From Candidatus Obscuribacteraceae bacterium (GTDB taxonomy: Bacteria > Cyanobacteriota > Vampirovibrionia > Obscuribacterales > Obscuribacteraceae): 64,000 nucleotides of DNA. The notes beneath the pieces are model-generated. The model saw only the letters and a program-made list of their open reading frames with translations. It was not told where the DNA came from and did not search any database. Numbering within the stretch: the first letter of the stretch is position 1; each line of letters opens with the position of its first letter. The position numbers and the translations under genes were made by a program. This document shows, one piece after another, positions 29,980-39,558 of the stretch. The stretch is taken from the NCBI GenBank assembly GCA_044226015.1, contig JBGAHS010000001.1, positions 896,001 to 960,000 on the forward strand, written 5' to 3'.

Positions 29980-30732
29980 TTGATTAAAAACCAGAACAGT
30001 AAAAACCCAAAAAATCAGGACCTTCCGGTTTTGCCAGAGTCCTTGCAGCACGTTGCTATCATCATGGATGGAAACAGGCGATGGGCTGACAAGAAACATG
30101 TGCCCAGAGTTTGGGGGCACAAGGAAGGCGTTCAGAGTCTTAAAAAACTTGTCAAATATGCCGCAAAGGTAGGACTGAAATACATGACAGTCTACGCTTT
30201 CTCCAGTGAAAACTGGCAGCGGGGGCAAGAAGAGGTCGATTATTTGTTCGAGCTGTTTGCGCGAGTCCTCACCGACGAATTGGAAGAGCTGCATCAAGCA
30301 AACGTCAGATTGCGTTTCATTGGTAAACTCGAAGATATGCCAAAGACTCTGCAGGATGGCTTTGGGCGGGCGATGGAGCTGACTGGAAAAAACAGTGGAC
30401 TGAACCTGCAAGTTGCATTGAATTATGGGTCACGGCTGGAAATTTCAGAGGCTTGCAAGGAAATTGCAGCCCAGGTTGTATCAGGACAAATAAAGCTTGA
30501 AGATATAACACCAGATTTGGTGTCAAAGAATTTGTACACGCGCGACATTCCTGACCCCGATTTGCTTATTCGCACCGGAGGTGAAATGCGCTTGTCCAAT
30601 TATTTGCTCTGGCAAGCTGCCTACACCGAGCTTTACGTGACAGATCTTATGTGGCCTGAATTCAATGAAAATGAATTTGCGAAGGCTATTGCTGATTTTG
30701 CAAATCGCCAGCGTCGTTACGGCGGAAACTAG
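29980..30732 (+). CDS. uppS: Undecaprenyl diphosphate synthase (isoprenyl transferase)
   Basis: HVAIIMDGNRRWA, YAFSSENW, NYGSR, PDLLIRTGGEMRLSNYLLWQ, RRYGG. Confidence 0.97.
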   Translation: MIKNQNSKNPKNQDLPVLPESLQHVAIIMDGNRRWADKKHVPRVWGHKEGVQSLKKLVKYAAKVGLKYMTVYAFSSENWQRGQEEVDYLFELFARVLTDELEELHQANVRLRFIGKLEDMPKTLQDGFGRAMELTGKNSGLNLQVALNYGSRLEISEACKEIAAQVVSGQIKLEDITPDLVSKNLYTRDIPDPDLLIRTGGEMRLSNYLLWQAAYTELYVTDLMWPEFNENEFAKAIADFANRQRRYGGN

Positions 30733-30737
30733 GCAGT

Positions 30738-33152
30738 CTATTTAGAACTTTTCTGCTTTGTGCTGCTGGTTGTTTTCGCTTGCACTTGCTTCTTGCTTCC
30801 GCTATCTTGTTTGTCAGTTTTATTGCTTTGCTTATTTGAAGGAGTGTCTTCCGGCGAGCCTTTCTTTGAAGTATCTTCGGTAGTTGGTGGCATTGCATTC
30901 ATTGGCTCGTTGATGTCCACCGATGGTGCTGAAGACTCAGGTGTTGTTGCATTTCCTGAGGGAGTGTCCTTACCTTCTGCTGCAGCTGTGTTGGAGGGTG
31001 CGGCTTGCACCGATTGTGGTGCTTCTTGTGCTTGTGGGGACTCCTGTGACTGCGCGGATCCTCGTGACTGCGCGGATCCTTGTGACTGCGCGGATCCTTG
31101 TGACTGCGCGGATCCTTGTGACTGCGCGGATCCTTGTGACTGCGCGGATCCTTGTGACTGCGCGGATCCTTGTGACTGCGCTGATTCTTGTGACTGCGCG
31201 GATCCTTGTGACTGTGGGGAGCCCTGTGTCTGCGCGGATCCTTGTGCTGCTGTTGAGGATCCCTGTGTTGCTGGTGAGTATCCTTGAGCTGCTGCTGAGG
31301 ACCCCTGTGCTGCTTGCGAGGATCCCTGTGATGCTGTTGAGGATCCCTGTGATGCTGTTGAGGATCCCTGTGCTGATGTTGAGGATCCCTGTGCTGCTGG
31401 TGAGGATCCCGGTGGCGGTGGAGCCGAGTCTTCGGTTTTGTGTTTAGGTTGTTTTTGATGTTTTTGCTTTGTTTGTTTTGCAGGTTTTTGTTGTGCGCTT
31501 TTAGCCTGTTTCGATGACTGTGCTGGTGTTGAAGCTGACTGTGGAGCCACTGGTTGCGATGGTTGGGGCGGCGCCCACTGTCTCTGCTGAAACGGCGTTT
31601 GATACGCCGAATTGTAACCGTTGCCCTGGGGGAGTTGAATTGGAACCTGATCGTCTAATTTGATGGGTAGCATTGTTCCAGCTGATAACTTAAGTTCTGA
31701 ACCTTTCTTAACCAGTGCTGTGACGCCTCCAACGCCTGCACCAATGGCGGTGCCAAACACTGCGCCCATGCCGATGGCTGTTCCCATATTGCCATTCGAA
31801 GTTCCGCCCACGATCGCGCCAAGTGCCGTGCCAACTGCGGCTCCAGAGCCAGCACCTATGCCTGTGGTAACTAATCCCTTTCCAATACGACCAGCTGTGC
31901 TAGATCCAGACATTCGTTGGTCATCTTCATCAACACTAGCTGAGAGCGGAAAGACTCTTCCATCTGGCGTTTCGCATGTGGTAAATTTGATTTCCATCTT
32001 TCCAGGGGCGCCAGCTTTGAAGCGATGTGCTGGTGACACTGAGCTTGCACTACCTGTTAAGCGACTTCCCGCAGGTATGACTTCCGTTCCATTGGCATAG
32101 ATAGGTTCGTTGATCGTTACACGTATCTCCTCACCAGCTTGTGTTGAATCAGAGCTTATCGAGTTTTTCAGCTCTGCGCGAAATTTTGTTCCTGCTGCCA
32201 GTACGATAACTCCACCTTGCAGCTGGGTGCCACCACTTGCGGTGCCTCGCTGCCCCTGCGCTGCTGGCGGGGAACCACCGAATTGCGGACTTTGCCCGCC
32301 GTAATTATTCTGTGGCGCGGTATTTGCTCCGAAGTAGTCACCTTGCTTGTTTACTTGACCCTGGTAATTGCCAGGGTATTGATTTTGTGGTTGTCCCTGG
32401 AAGTTGTTTGAATTAGTTCCGTATGCACCTGAATAAGATTGAGAATTGTTTGGTGGCTGGTATGAACCATAACCTAGATTGCGACTGGCTCGCTTCAATA
32501 CATCTGATTCATCACGACGAGACAAATACTCGTCTAGTTTGTACAAGAGCGCGATAGTGTCGGCCCGCGACGCGAGTTGATCTGCTCCAATTTTTTGAGT
32601 GTCCGGACCAACCAGAAGAATGCCTGCCATTGATGTCTCCGCGACACCAATGCGAGCCCAAGCTGGGACTTTTGACGCGTCCTTGTATTTTTGCAACTCA
32701 TCTTCTACTTGAGTTTCATCTGGGGCTGGCTTGTTTAAGGCGCGTGAAATTATGGAAACAACTTCGCCCTTTTGTATAAATTGGTTGGGTCGAAAGCCAT
32801 CCGAGTATCCCGAAATATAATTATTTTGTCTGATGATTTCCACAGCTTTGTAGAACCAATCAGTTTCTTTGACATCAGGAAATGATGGCTTTGCTGGAAC
32901 AGGCTGATTCTCGATACCAAGAATTTTAACCAGCCAGGCTGCAAACACCGCGCGAGTCACAGGCTCGTCAGGTTTGAACTTCCCATCATTTTCTGCAGCA
33001 ACGATTCCCTTATCAGACAGAATGTTTATATAGGTTTCAGCCCAAGAGCCATTTGTGTCCAAGAACCTTGCCGCCAGAGCTGCGGGGTGGCAAAGGACGA
33101 GCAGGCTAAGGGAGAATGCCAAGGCTGACTGTCTGTATTTTGATTTCATCAT
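30738..33152 (-). CDS. S-layer homology (SLH) domain protein with a VirB10/TrbI-like beta domain, glycine zipper and Gln/Ser-rich tandem-repeat tail
   Basis: Signal peptide; three SLH repeats (FKPDEPVTRA, FRPNQFIQKGE, ASRAD); AGTKFRAEL...IPAGSRLTG domain; GAAVGTALGAIVG zipper; QGSAQS repeats. Confidence 0.8.
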   Translation of the reverse strand: MMKSKYRQSALAFSLSLLVLCHPAALAARFLDTNGSWAETYINILSDKGIVAAENDGKFKPDEPVTRAVFAAWLVKILGIENQPVPAKPSFPDVKETDWFYKAVEIIRQNNYISGYSDGFRPNQFIQKGEVVSIISRALNKPAPDETQVEDELQKYKDASKVPAWARIGVAETSMAGILLVGPDTQKIGADQLASRADTIALLYKLDEYLSRRDESDVLKRASRNLGYGSYQPPNNSQSYSGAYGTNSNNFQGQPQNQYPGNYQGQVNKQGDYFGANTAPQNNYGGQSPQFGGSPPAAQGQRGTASGGTQLQGGVIVLAAGTKFRAELKNSISSDSTQAGEEIRVTINEPIYANGTEVIPAGSRLTGSASSVSPAHRFKAGAPGKMEIKFTTCETPDGRVFPLSASVDEDDQRMSGSSTAGRIGKGLVTTGIGAGSGAAVGTALGAIVGGTSNGNMGTAIGMGAVFGTAIGAGVGGVTALVKKGSELKLSAGTMLPIKLDDQVPIQLPQGNGYNSAYQTPFQQRQWAPPQPSQPVAPQSASTPAQSSKQAKSAQQKPAKQTKQKHQKQPKHKTEDSAPPPPGSSPAAQGSSTSAQGSSTASQGSSTASQGSSQAAQGSSAAAQGYSPATQGSSTAAQGSAQTQGSPQSQGSAQSQESAQSQGSAQSQGSAQSQGSAQSQGSAQSQGSAQSQGSAQSRGSAQSQESPQAQEAPQSVQAAPSNTAAAEGKDTPSGNATTPESSAPSVDINEPMNAMPPTTEDTSKKGSPEDTPSNKQSNKTDKQDSGSKKQVQAKTTSSTKQKSSK
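31045..31242. repeat. 18-bp tandem repeat, 11 units (consensus TGTGACTGCGCGGATCCT), coding QGSAQS in the SLH gene
   Basis: Units counted directly from 31045; most are identical. Confidence 0.95.
31243..31410. repeat. 21-bp tandem repeat, 8 units (consensus TGTGCTGCTGTTGAGGATCCC), coding QGSSTAA/S
   Basis: Directly adjacent to the 18-bp array and sharing its GGATCC core. Confidence 0.9.
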
Positions 33153-33244
33153 ATCGTTTGGGAAGCATAACCACCCGATTTATACCCAAATTGGACACCT
33201 TGAAGCGGCGTAGATTGTAGATTACAATCGAGCGGAGGTGATTA

Positions 33245-35371
33245 ATGAGCGGTTTTCCCCAGCCCGGAGAATACTTCAATAAGCGCTACTTTCTTGAGTC
33301 GGTGCTTGGTACTGGTGGTATTGGCACAGTATTTAAGGCTGTACAACTGGACTGTAATCGAAAGCTTGCAATTAAGATTCTTCATCCTGAAGTTATGGGC
33401 GATGAAGAGTTCAAGAAACGATTTCTTCGTGAAGCTAAGGTTTTGGGCAAGCTCCATCATGAAAATATTGTTTCTGTCTATCACATAGCGGTTTCAGGTA
33501 GAGGACTTCCATACATAGCGATGGAACTCTTGCGAGGCGAAAGCTTACGTGCAGTCATTAACAAGAGCGACAGATTTCTACCATTGCGTGCACTGAGCAT
33601 AATCACTCAATGCGCTTCTGCTCTGGCTTTTGTGCATCTAAATGAAGTTGTGCATCGAGATTTAAAACCAGAGAACATTCTTCTTGTGAATGAGCCCCGG
33701 CCTGATACGGTCAAGATCATTGATTTTGGTCTTGCTCGAGCAAAGGATACGAAAGAACAAAAGCTCACTAAAACAGGTGTGCTAATCGGATCCGTTTTGT
33801 ATATGAGTCCCGAGCAGTCGATGGGGGTTGCTGTAACTCCTCAATCAGACATCTATGCCCTTGGTGTGATTCTGTTCGAATTGCTTACTGGGCATCGGCC
33901 CTTTGATGCCGATAATCCGATTGGACTGATGTACATGCAAAGCCACTCGGATGTTCCGCTTTTGAAAGCGGATGATATGGTTGATTTCGACCCTCGGATC
34001 AATGTCATTTTGCAGCGTGCGCTGGCTCGTGACCTTGAGAAGCGATATCAATCCATGTCTGAATTTGAATCAGCTCTGCACGAGCTTATATCGACGTGGG
34101 GTAAAGCTGATGCAATGAAACTTGGTATGGCAGTGAGCACCTCATTCAAACCAAAGAAAAAAGTTCGCGGATTAATAGTTGTTTCTACTCTTTTAGGTTT
34201 GTATGCGGTGTATCTGTGTTCTTATTTTTTCAATAAAGGATCTCGCGATGCTAACACAAGCATTCAAGCTGATGTCGGTAGTTCAGATGAGCAGGTTGAA
34301 CAGGGGCATTCTCCCAAGACATTTGAGTTGAAAATTCTTGAATTGGAGAGGCAGGGTCACCACGCAAAAGCTCAAAAACTTCTTGAGGAAGTATCACGCA
34401 GGCGTAAGTCCAGTGATTTTCTAAATTTACACAGCATTTATTGTGCTCCTCATTTGCAAAAGGCTAGAGCACTTGCTCGAAGCTTTGCAAATGAGCCTAA
34501 CTGCAAGCTGCTTTCAGAGCAAACCGAACTTTATTCAAAGCTGTCTTTTTTTCTGGGCGATTTCCAAGTTCCCATTGATATTGGTTATCGCATAAGTCCT
34601 GAAGCTATAAATAGAGGTGTCGGCATCGCGAATCGTCTGGTGCTCTTGCAGTTGCTTTCAGCATTCTATTCGAAATCGATCGTAGGTCAGGACATTTTAA
34701 GAGAAAGAGAAATCGATTATAGAAGTGATGAGTTGCTAACTCATTTGGATGTGTTTGCAAGTCTAAATCGATACAGCAAAATTGACGAGCTGTTTCGAAG
34801 TCTCCCCCAGGCAGAAGAAGAGGAGGCTATGGTAACAAGAGATGCTTTATATATCGCTTTTGTTTGTCGGATTCACGACGAGCCTTTACTTCGAAAAGCT
34901 GCGCTCGATTTTGTGAAGAAACGAAGATGCCGAAGAAAATATGAGGACGTTTGCGGAGATTTAGGAATCGATCTGGAAAATTTAGAGCAAAGCCCAGAAG
35001 CTGAGAGCGATCTGTTAGCTCACCGCGCGAAACTTAGAAAGTTATTCGTGAGATGGAAAAGCCTTGCCACCGCAGCAAACTCTCGTGAGCTGGCTTGCAG
35101 TGCAATACCTCCAGCGATCATCGTGCAGGCACTTCTAAATGCGGAAATGTATGATGAAATCAATGAAGTGTTAGATGTATCCGGCATCAAGAAACTAGTT
35201 TCTTATCGCTGCACTTTGAACGAAGCTTTGATGTGTATTCGTGTTGCAAGCATTTTGAATTCGAAGAATGAAATTCCAGCTGTGCAGAGACTGCTACAGA
35301 GCATCAGTTCTGATTACAATTTGGATAAATACCGGAATACTAGCTCTGCAGGAAACCTTCCAAAATCTTAG
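33245..35371 (+). CDS. Hanks-type Ser/Thr protein kinase with a TM helix and an unrecognised helical C-terminal domain
   Basis: LGTGGIGTV, AIKIL, HRDLKPEN, DFGLA, YMSPEQ, DIYALG; TM segment at about aa 308-328. Confidence 0.92.
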   Translation: MSGFPQPGEYFNKRYFLESVLGTGGIGTVFKAVQLDCNRKLAIKILHPEVMGDEEFKKRFLREAKVLGKLHHENIVSVYHIAVSGRGLPYIAMELLRGESLRAVINKSDRFLPLRALSIITQCASALAFVHLNEVVHRDLKPENILLVNEPRPDTVKIIDFGLARAKDTKEQKLTKTGVLIGSVLYMSPEQSMGVAVTPQSDIYALGVILFELLTGHRPFDADNPIGLMYMQSHSDVPLLKADDMVDFDPRINVILQRALARDLEKRYQSMSEFESALHELISTWGKADAMKLGMAVSTSFKPKKKVRGLIVVSTLLGLYAVYLCSYFFNKGSRDANTSIQADVGSSDEQVEQGHSPKTFELKILELERQGHHAKAQKLLEEVSRRRKSSDFLNLHSIYCAPHLQKARALARSFANEPNCKLLSEQTELYSKLSFFLGDFQVPIDIGYRISPEAINRGVGIANRLVLLQLLSAFYSKSIVGQDILREREIDYRSDELLTHLDVFASLNRYSKIDELFRSLPQAEEEEAMVTRDALYIAFVCRIHDEPLLRKAALDFVKKRRCRRKYEDVCGDLGIDLENLEQSPEAESDLLAHRAKLRKLFVRWKSLATAANSRELACSAIPPAIIVQALLNAEMYDEINEVLDVSGIKKLVSYRCTLNEALMCIRVASILNSKNEIPAVQRLLQSISSDYNLDKYRNTSSAGNLPKS

Positions 35372-35436
35372 GGACTTCATGGTCAACAAAAAAGCAGACG
35401 CAAAAGCGCCTGCTTCTCAATTTGCTTGTTTGGCTA

Positions 35437-35805
35437 TTAGCCCAGTTTTGGCTTGAGGTTGACGATTTGCTCTTCGACTGCGCGAATGAGTCCTTCGAGA
35501 TTGATTCTCTGACCCTTAGCAGTGAGTACGATGAGGTAATGACCATCAACCTGGCAGAAATGAAGTATTCCCTGGTCTGTCAGCAGCGTCATCTGACTCA
35601 GCGCGCCGCGGTTCATTCTTTGGAGTGACACATCGTTGTTTGAGAACAACGTTGCACTCAGAGCACCCAGCGTTGCAGTGTCGATATCAGCCGGCAAACT
35701 GCTCGATATGATGGAACCGTCACCGCCCGCTAGTAGGCAGCCTAATATTCCGTTTTTTCCATTCAACGAAGATAGTAGCGTTTGAATTTCGCCGTTATCC
35801 GCCAT
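35437..35805 (-). CDS. Roadblock/LC7 domain protein (MglB-like)
   Basis: GILGCLLAGGDGSIISS...LGALSA pattern; ATG 35805 preceded by AAGGAGA. Confidence 0.85.
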   Translation of the reverse strand: MADNGEIQTLLSSLNGKNGILGCLLAGGDGSIISSSLPADIDTATLGALSATLFSNNDVSLQRMNRGALSQMTLLTDQGILHFCQVDGHYLIVLTAKGQRINLEGLIRAVEEQIVNLKPKLG

Positions 35806-35897
35806 TGCCGTCTCCTTAACAACCTGCATAAATTACCTTTAGCATTATCCACTGAAGAGGCGCTAATGTCATTCTACATGGCAAGTCGATTTAGCAA

Positions 35898-36677
35898 TTA
35901 CTTCGCAGGTTTTGAGTCACTATCCTTGCCAGCACTGCCTTTATCGTTTTTTGACTCAGATGCTTTTGTATCATCTTTCTTATTCTTAGAAGCGTCAGCC
36001 TTCTTGTCATCTGGTGCGCCACCAATCTTTTTCAGACGAAGAATTTCAACCCATGGATCTTCAAGAGCTGCGCTGAAAACTTTCCCGGTAATCTCAAGCA
36101 CATCGCCTTCTTTGAGCGCTGCCAGTAGTTGGGTTTCCGGTCCTTTTTCATCTTTTGGTGTCATCATTGCAAGTTTCAGTTCCGACAATGGAATCTTTTT
36201 CTTGGGTTGAGATACCAACAATGAAATGTGTGTTTTGGATGATCTAAACGCTGGCTTGTAGTCAAGCGCCAGGTTGCTGAATGCTACGAAGGGCGCCTGG
36301 AACTTGACGTTCTTGCCCAAATATTCATGTGGCTTATCGACCAGGTCTTGAGCTTGAACGTTGACAACGTTCTCTATTGGAACTTCTGGCTTTGCTGCTT
36401 CTTTAGTGTCTTTTTTCTCTGCATCTTTTTTATCAGAAGCTTTCTCGTCCTTACTATCTTTCTTATCGTCTTTGGCGTCTTTTTTGTCGCTGTCTTTCTT
36501 ATCGTCAGATTTGTTGTCTGCTCCGGATTTCTCGGTCTTGGTCTTGGCTGGCGCTTTGGCCGGCGCTGCCATGGCTGCTCCAGCTCCATTAATCATCAGG
36601 CTCATTGCAAGCGTGTAGCTCAAGCCCTTCAGGCTGAAAAGTCTAGAAACGGATTTGAAAATAATTTCTCTGTTCAT
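35898..36677 (-). CDS. Exported protein with Lys/Asp-rich linkers and a central OB-fold-like domain
   Basis: Signal peptide (AAMA); KD-rich tracts; YLGKNVKF...LKEGDVLEITGKV resembles an OB fold. Confidence 0.6.
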   Translation of the reverse strand: MNREIIFKSVSRLFSLKGLSYTLAMSLMINGAGAAMAAPAKAPAKTKTEKSGADNKSDDKKDSDKKDAKDDKKDSKDEKASDKKDAEKKDTKEAAKPEVPIENVVNVQAQDLVDKPHEYLGKNVKFQAPFVAFSNLALDYKPAFRSSKTHISLLVSQPKKKIPLSELKLAMMTPKDEKGPETQLLAALKEGDVLEITGKVFSAALEDPWVEILRLKKIGGAPDDKKADASKNKKDDTKASESKNDKGSAGKDSDSKPAK

Positions 36678-36871
36678 CAGATATTGACTCGATATTTGTT
36701 GGAGTAGTCCAGCCCATCATATTACCAGATGCTCATCATGCATGCTTCTTCTCAGGCGATATCATTGATGCATTGAAACAAGTTCTGCGCACAGTATATG
36801 CATTGTCTATGTACTGGTCGCAGGCATCGCGCTTTAGCAATTCATCAGCTATTGACCCAGAGGTGAAGAGA

Positions 36872-39520
36872 ATGAAAGGAGCCCAGACCGAAGCTCTTAA
36901 GGGAGCCAAAACCGAAGCTCAAGAAGCTGAAAGCAGCCAGAAGACTGGCGAGCTCTCGGCTATGATGCAACAGTTCTGGGAAATCAAGGCTCAGAATCCT
37001 GATGCGCTGTTGTTTTTCCGAGTGGGCGATTTTTATGAATTGTTCGATGAAGACGCACATGTTGGAGCGCGTGAACTCGACATCACATTAACCAGCCGAC
37101 CCGAAGCAACATATCCCAATGGACGATGTCCAATGGCGGGTGTTCCGGTCAAATCATACGAAGCTTACATTTCTAAATTGATTGGTAAAGGCTACTCAGT
37201 AGCCGTTGCTGAGCAAGTCGGAGTCGTGGGACAGAGCAAGGGTCCTGTTGCCAGGCAGGTCGTGCGAATTCTCACCCCAGGAACTGTGCTTGAGTCGAAC
37301 CTGCTTCCAGCGCGTGAGAATAATTACCTTGTCGCCATCATGAAAGGTGGCAATGTTGAAGTCAATGGTAAGAAAGAGAGTCTCTGGGGACTGGCAGCTT
37401 GTGACGCAAGTTGTGGCGAATTTATCGTAACTCAGCTTAGCGAAGAACGGCTGATTCTTGAGCTTGCAAGACTGTCGCCGCGAGAAGTTCTTGTTGTTAA
37501 GAAAACCGTTCGCTCTGCGACTATTGGAATTCCAGTCGACGAACTTGAAGCACCGCCTGTAGTGTCTGAGCGTTATCGTTGTGTTGGTCGTCCCGGGATG
37601 TTTTTTCAACTAGAACCCTCGAAGCGACGCATTCTAACCCTCTTCAATGTGAGCACTCTCGAAGGGTTTGGCTGTCATGAAATGCCACTTTCCATAGGTG
37701 CTGCTGGGGCCGTTTTGGAATATCTTGAGAAAACTCAATCTGCATTAATGCCGAAGTTTTCGGGAATCAGCACCTACTGTGCTGACGAGCATCTGGTGAT
37801 TGATGAAAATTCACGGCGCAATCTTGAGCTTACTGAAACGTCCAGAGACCGCAGTTTCCAGGGCAGTTTGCTCTGGTGTCTTGATAATTGCAAGACAGCC
37901 ATGGGCTCAAGAATGCTTCGTAATTGGCTTCTAAAGCCATTGTTGTCGGTAGAAGCCATTAATGATCGCCTGGATGCCGTTGAAGAACTTACTCAAGATA
38001 GTGGGCGCCGCCGACGCATCGAACAGGTGCTTGCTGATCTAGCTGATCTTGAACGTTTGGGTGTACGCCTGTCCTCCGCGACAATTTCCCCGAAAGATCT
38101 CTGGGCAATTGCTAACTCTCTGTCCCTGCTGCCTTCTATAGGGCAGGAACTCTCCCAGACAAAGTCAAAAGAGTTCCTGCAGTTGCGCACCATACCTGGT
38201 GACTTGATTGATCTCGCTCGACAAATTGCAGATGCTCTTTCTGACGACCCACCTAGAGAACTTACTGTTGGTGGTATCTTCCGCACTGGTTATTCAGCTG
38301 AGTTAGATGAAGTCAAGTCGCTCTTGGGTGGTGGAAAACAATGGATTGAGGACTTCCAGAAGCAAGAAGTTGAGAGAACTCAAATCAAGTCTCTCAAGGT
38401 TTCGTTCAATTCAAATTTTGGTTATTTTATTGAAGTAACGCATGCCAATAAAGACCTCGTTCCTGGAGACTACATTCGCAAGCAAACCCTCACAAATGCA
38501 GAGCGCTATATCACTCCAGAGCTGAAAGAATACGAGTCGAAGATTCTGAATGCTGAGAAAAATCAAACTGATTTAGAGTACAGATTGTTCGTTGATTTGC
38601 GTGCAAGGCTTGCTCCTTACGGTGCTGCAGTGAGAAAAATTGCGCAGTATGTAGCCGCTCTGGATGCTCTTACGAGTCTTTCTTCTGTCGCTGCGCAAAA
38701 CAAATATGTGCGCCCTCAAGTTGATGATTCTCTTTCTCTAGATATAAAAGATGGCCGCCATCCAGTTCTTGAAAAGATTTTGCCGATGGGTGTCTATGTT
38801 GCAAACGACACCAAGCTGAATGGCAACTCGGAAGATCAACAGATGATAATCCTTACCGGACCTAACATGGCTGGTAAGTCGAGCTTGCTTCGCCAGGTTG
38901 CACAGATCGTCATAATGGCTCAGATGGGATCTTTCGTTCCTGCAACTAGTGCCCGCGTCGGCCTTGTTGACCGCATATTTACAAGAATAGGTGCCGTCGA
39001 TGATTTGAGCCAGGGGCAATCGACCTTCCTTGTTGAAATGAGTGAAACGACGCAGTGCTGTCTGTGCGCGACGCCTCGTTCGCTAATTTTGCTAGATGAA
39101 GTTGGGCGAGGCACAAGCACCTATGATGGTGTCGCTATTGCGTGGTCAGTTTCTGAATTTCTTGCCAACGTCGTAAGAGCCCGCACAATTTTTGCGACAC
39201 ACTATCACGAGTTGAATGCGCTTGCTAACTATATCAGCCGCGTTGTCAATTATCAGGTTCAGGTTGCTGAGCTTGCTGGTCGTATCGAATTCCTGCATAA
39301 GGTTGTTCCTGGTGGAGCAAGCCGCTCGTTTGGAATTCATGTTGCTAGCATGGCTGGGCTACCGCCTCAGGTAATCGACAGAGCTCACTATTTGATGGGT
39401 CAGATGGAGAAGAGAAGTGGCGCCAGTAAGATTCTCGACGGTCCGAAATTGAGAAGCATCGCCATTGATGAAGTAATGCAGTTGTCTGTTTTCGCTAATC
39501 CGGAAACTGTCAAGGAGTAA
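36872..39520 (+). CDS. mutS: DNA mismatch repair protein MutS
   Basis: FFRVGDFYELF, LTGPNMAGKS, FTRIGA, STFLVEM, DEVGRGT, FATHYHEL. ATG 36872 after GAGGTG preferred over 36773. Confidence 0.97.
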   Translation: MKGAQTEALKGAKTEAQEAESSQKTGELSAMMQQFWEIKAQNPDALLFFRVGDFYELFDEDAHVGARELDITLTSRPEATYPNGRCPMAGVPVKSYEAYISKLIGKGYSVAVAEQVGVVGQSKGPVARQVVRILTPGTVLESNLLPARENNYLVAIMKGGNVEVNGKKESLWGLAACDASCGEFIVTQLSEERLILELARLSPREVLVVKKTVRSATIGIPVDELEAPPVVSERYRCVGRPGMFFQLEPSKRRILTLFNVSTLEGFGCHEMPLSIGAAGAVLEYLEKTQSALMPKFSGISTYCADEHLVIDENSRRNLELTETSRDRSFQGSLLWCLDNCKTAMGSRMLRNWLLKPLLSVEAINDRLDAVEELTQDSGRRRRIEQVLADLADLERLGVRLSSATISPKDLWAIANSLSLLPSIGQELSQTKSKEFLQLRTIPGDLIDLARQIADALSDDPPRELTVGGIFRTGYSAELDEVKSLLGGGKQWIEDFQKQEVERTQIKSLKVSFNSNFGYFIEVTHANKDLVPGDYIRKQTLTNAERYITPELKEYESKILNAEKNQTDLEYRLFVDLRARLAPYGAAVRKIAQYVAALDALTSLSSVAAQNKYVRPQVDDSLSLDIKDGRHPVLEKILPMGVYVANDTKLNGNSEDQQMIILTGPNMAGKSSLLRQVAQIVIMAQMGSFVPATSARVGLVDRIFTRIGAVDDLSQGQSTFLVEMSETTQCCLCATPRSLILLDEVGRGTSTYDGVAIAWSVSEFLANVVRARTIFATHYHELNALANYISRVVNYQVQVAELAGRIEFLHKVVPGGASRSFGIHVASMAGLPPQVIDRAHYLMGQMEKRSGASKILDGPKLRSIAIDEVMQLSVFANPETVKE

Positions 39521-39558
39521 CGTTTAGATCGCCATCCAATCCGATTATTGCTACTATA

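Noticed and set aside
31045..31410. Possible CRISPR array
   Set aside because: Contiguous in-frame coding repeats with no unique spacers, and no cas genes in the window
30760..31447. Plus-strand ORFs with striking CADPCD and VTARIL repeats
   Set aside because: They are antisense readings of the 18/21-bp repeats inside the SLH gene; the repeats lack stops, which explains the open frames
36875..36922. 24-bp duplication at the mutS 5' end (KGAQTEAL/KGAKTEAQ)
   Set aside because: A short in-frame duplication in a variable N-terminal extension with no functional signal
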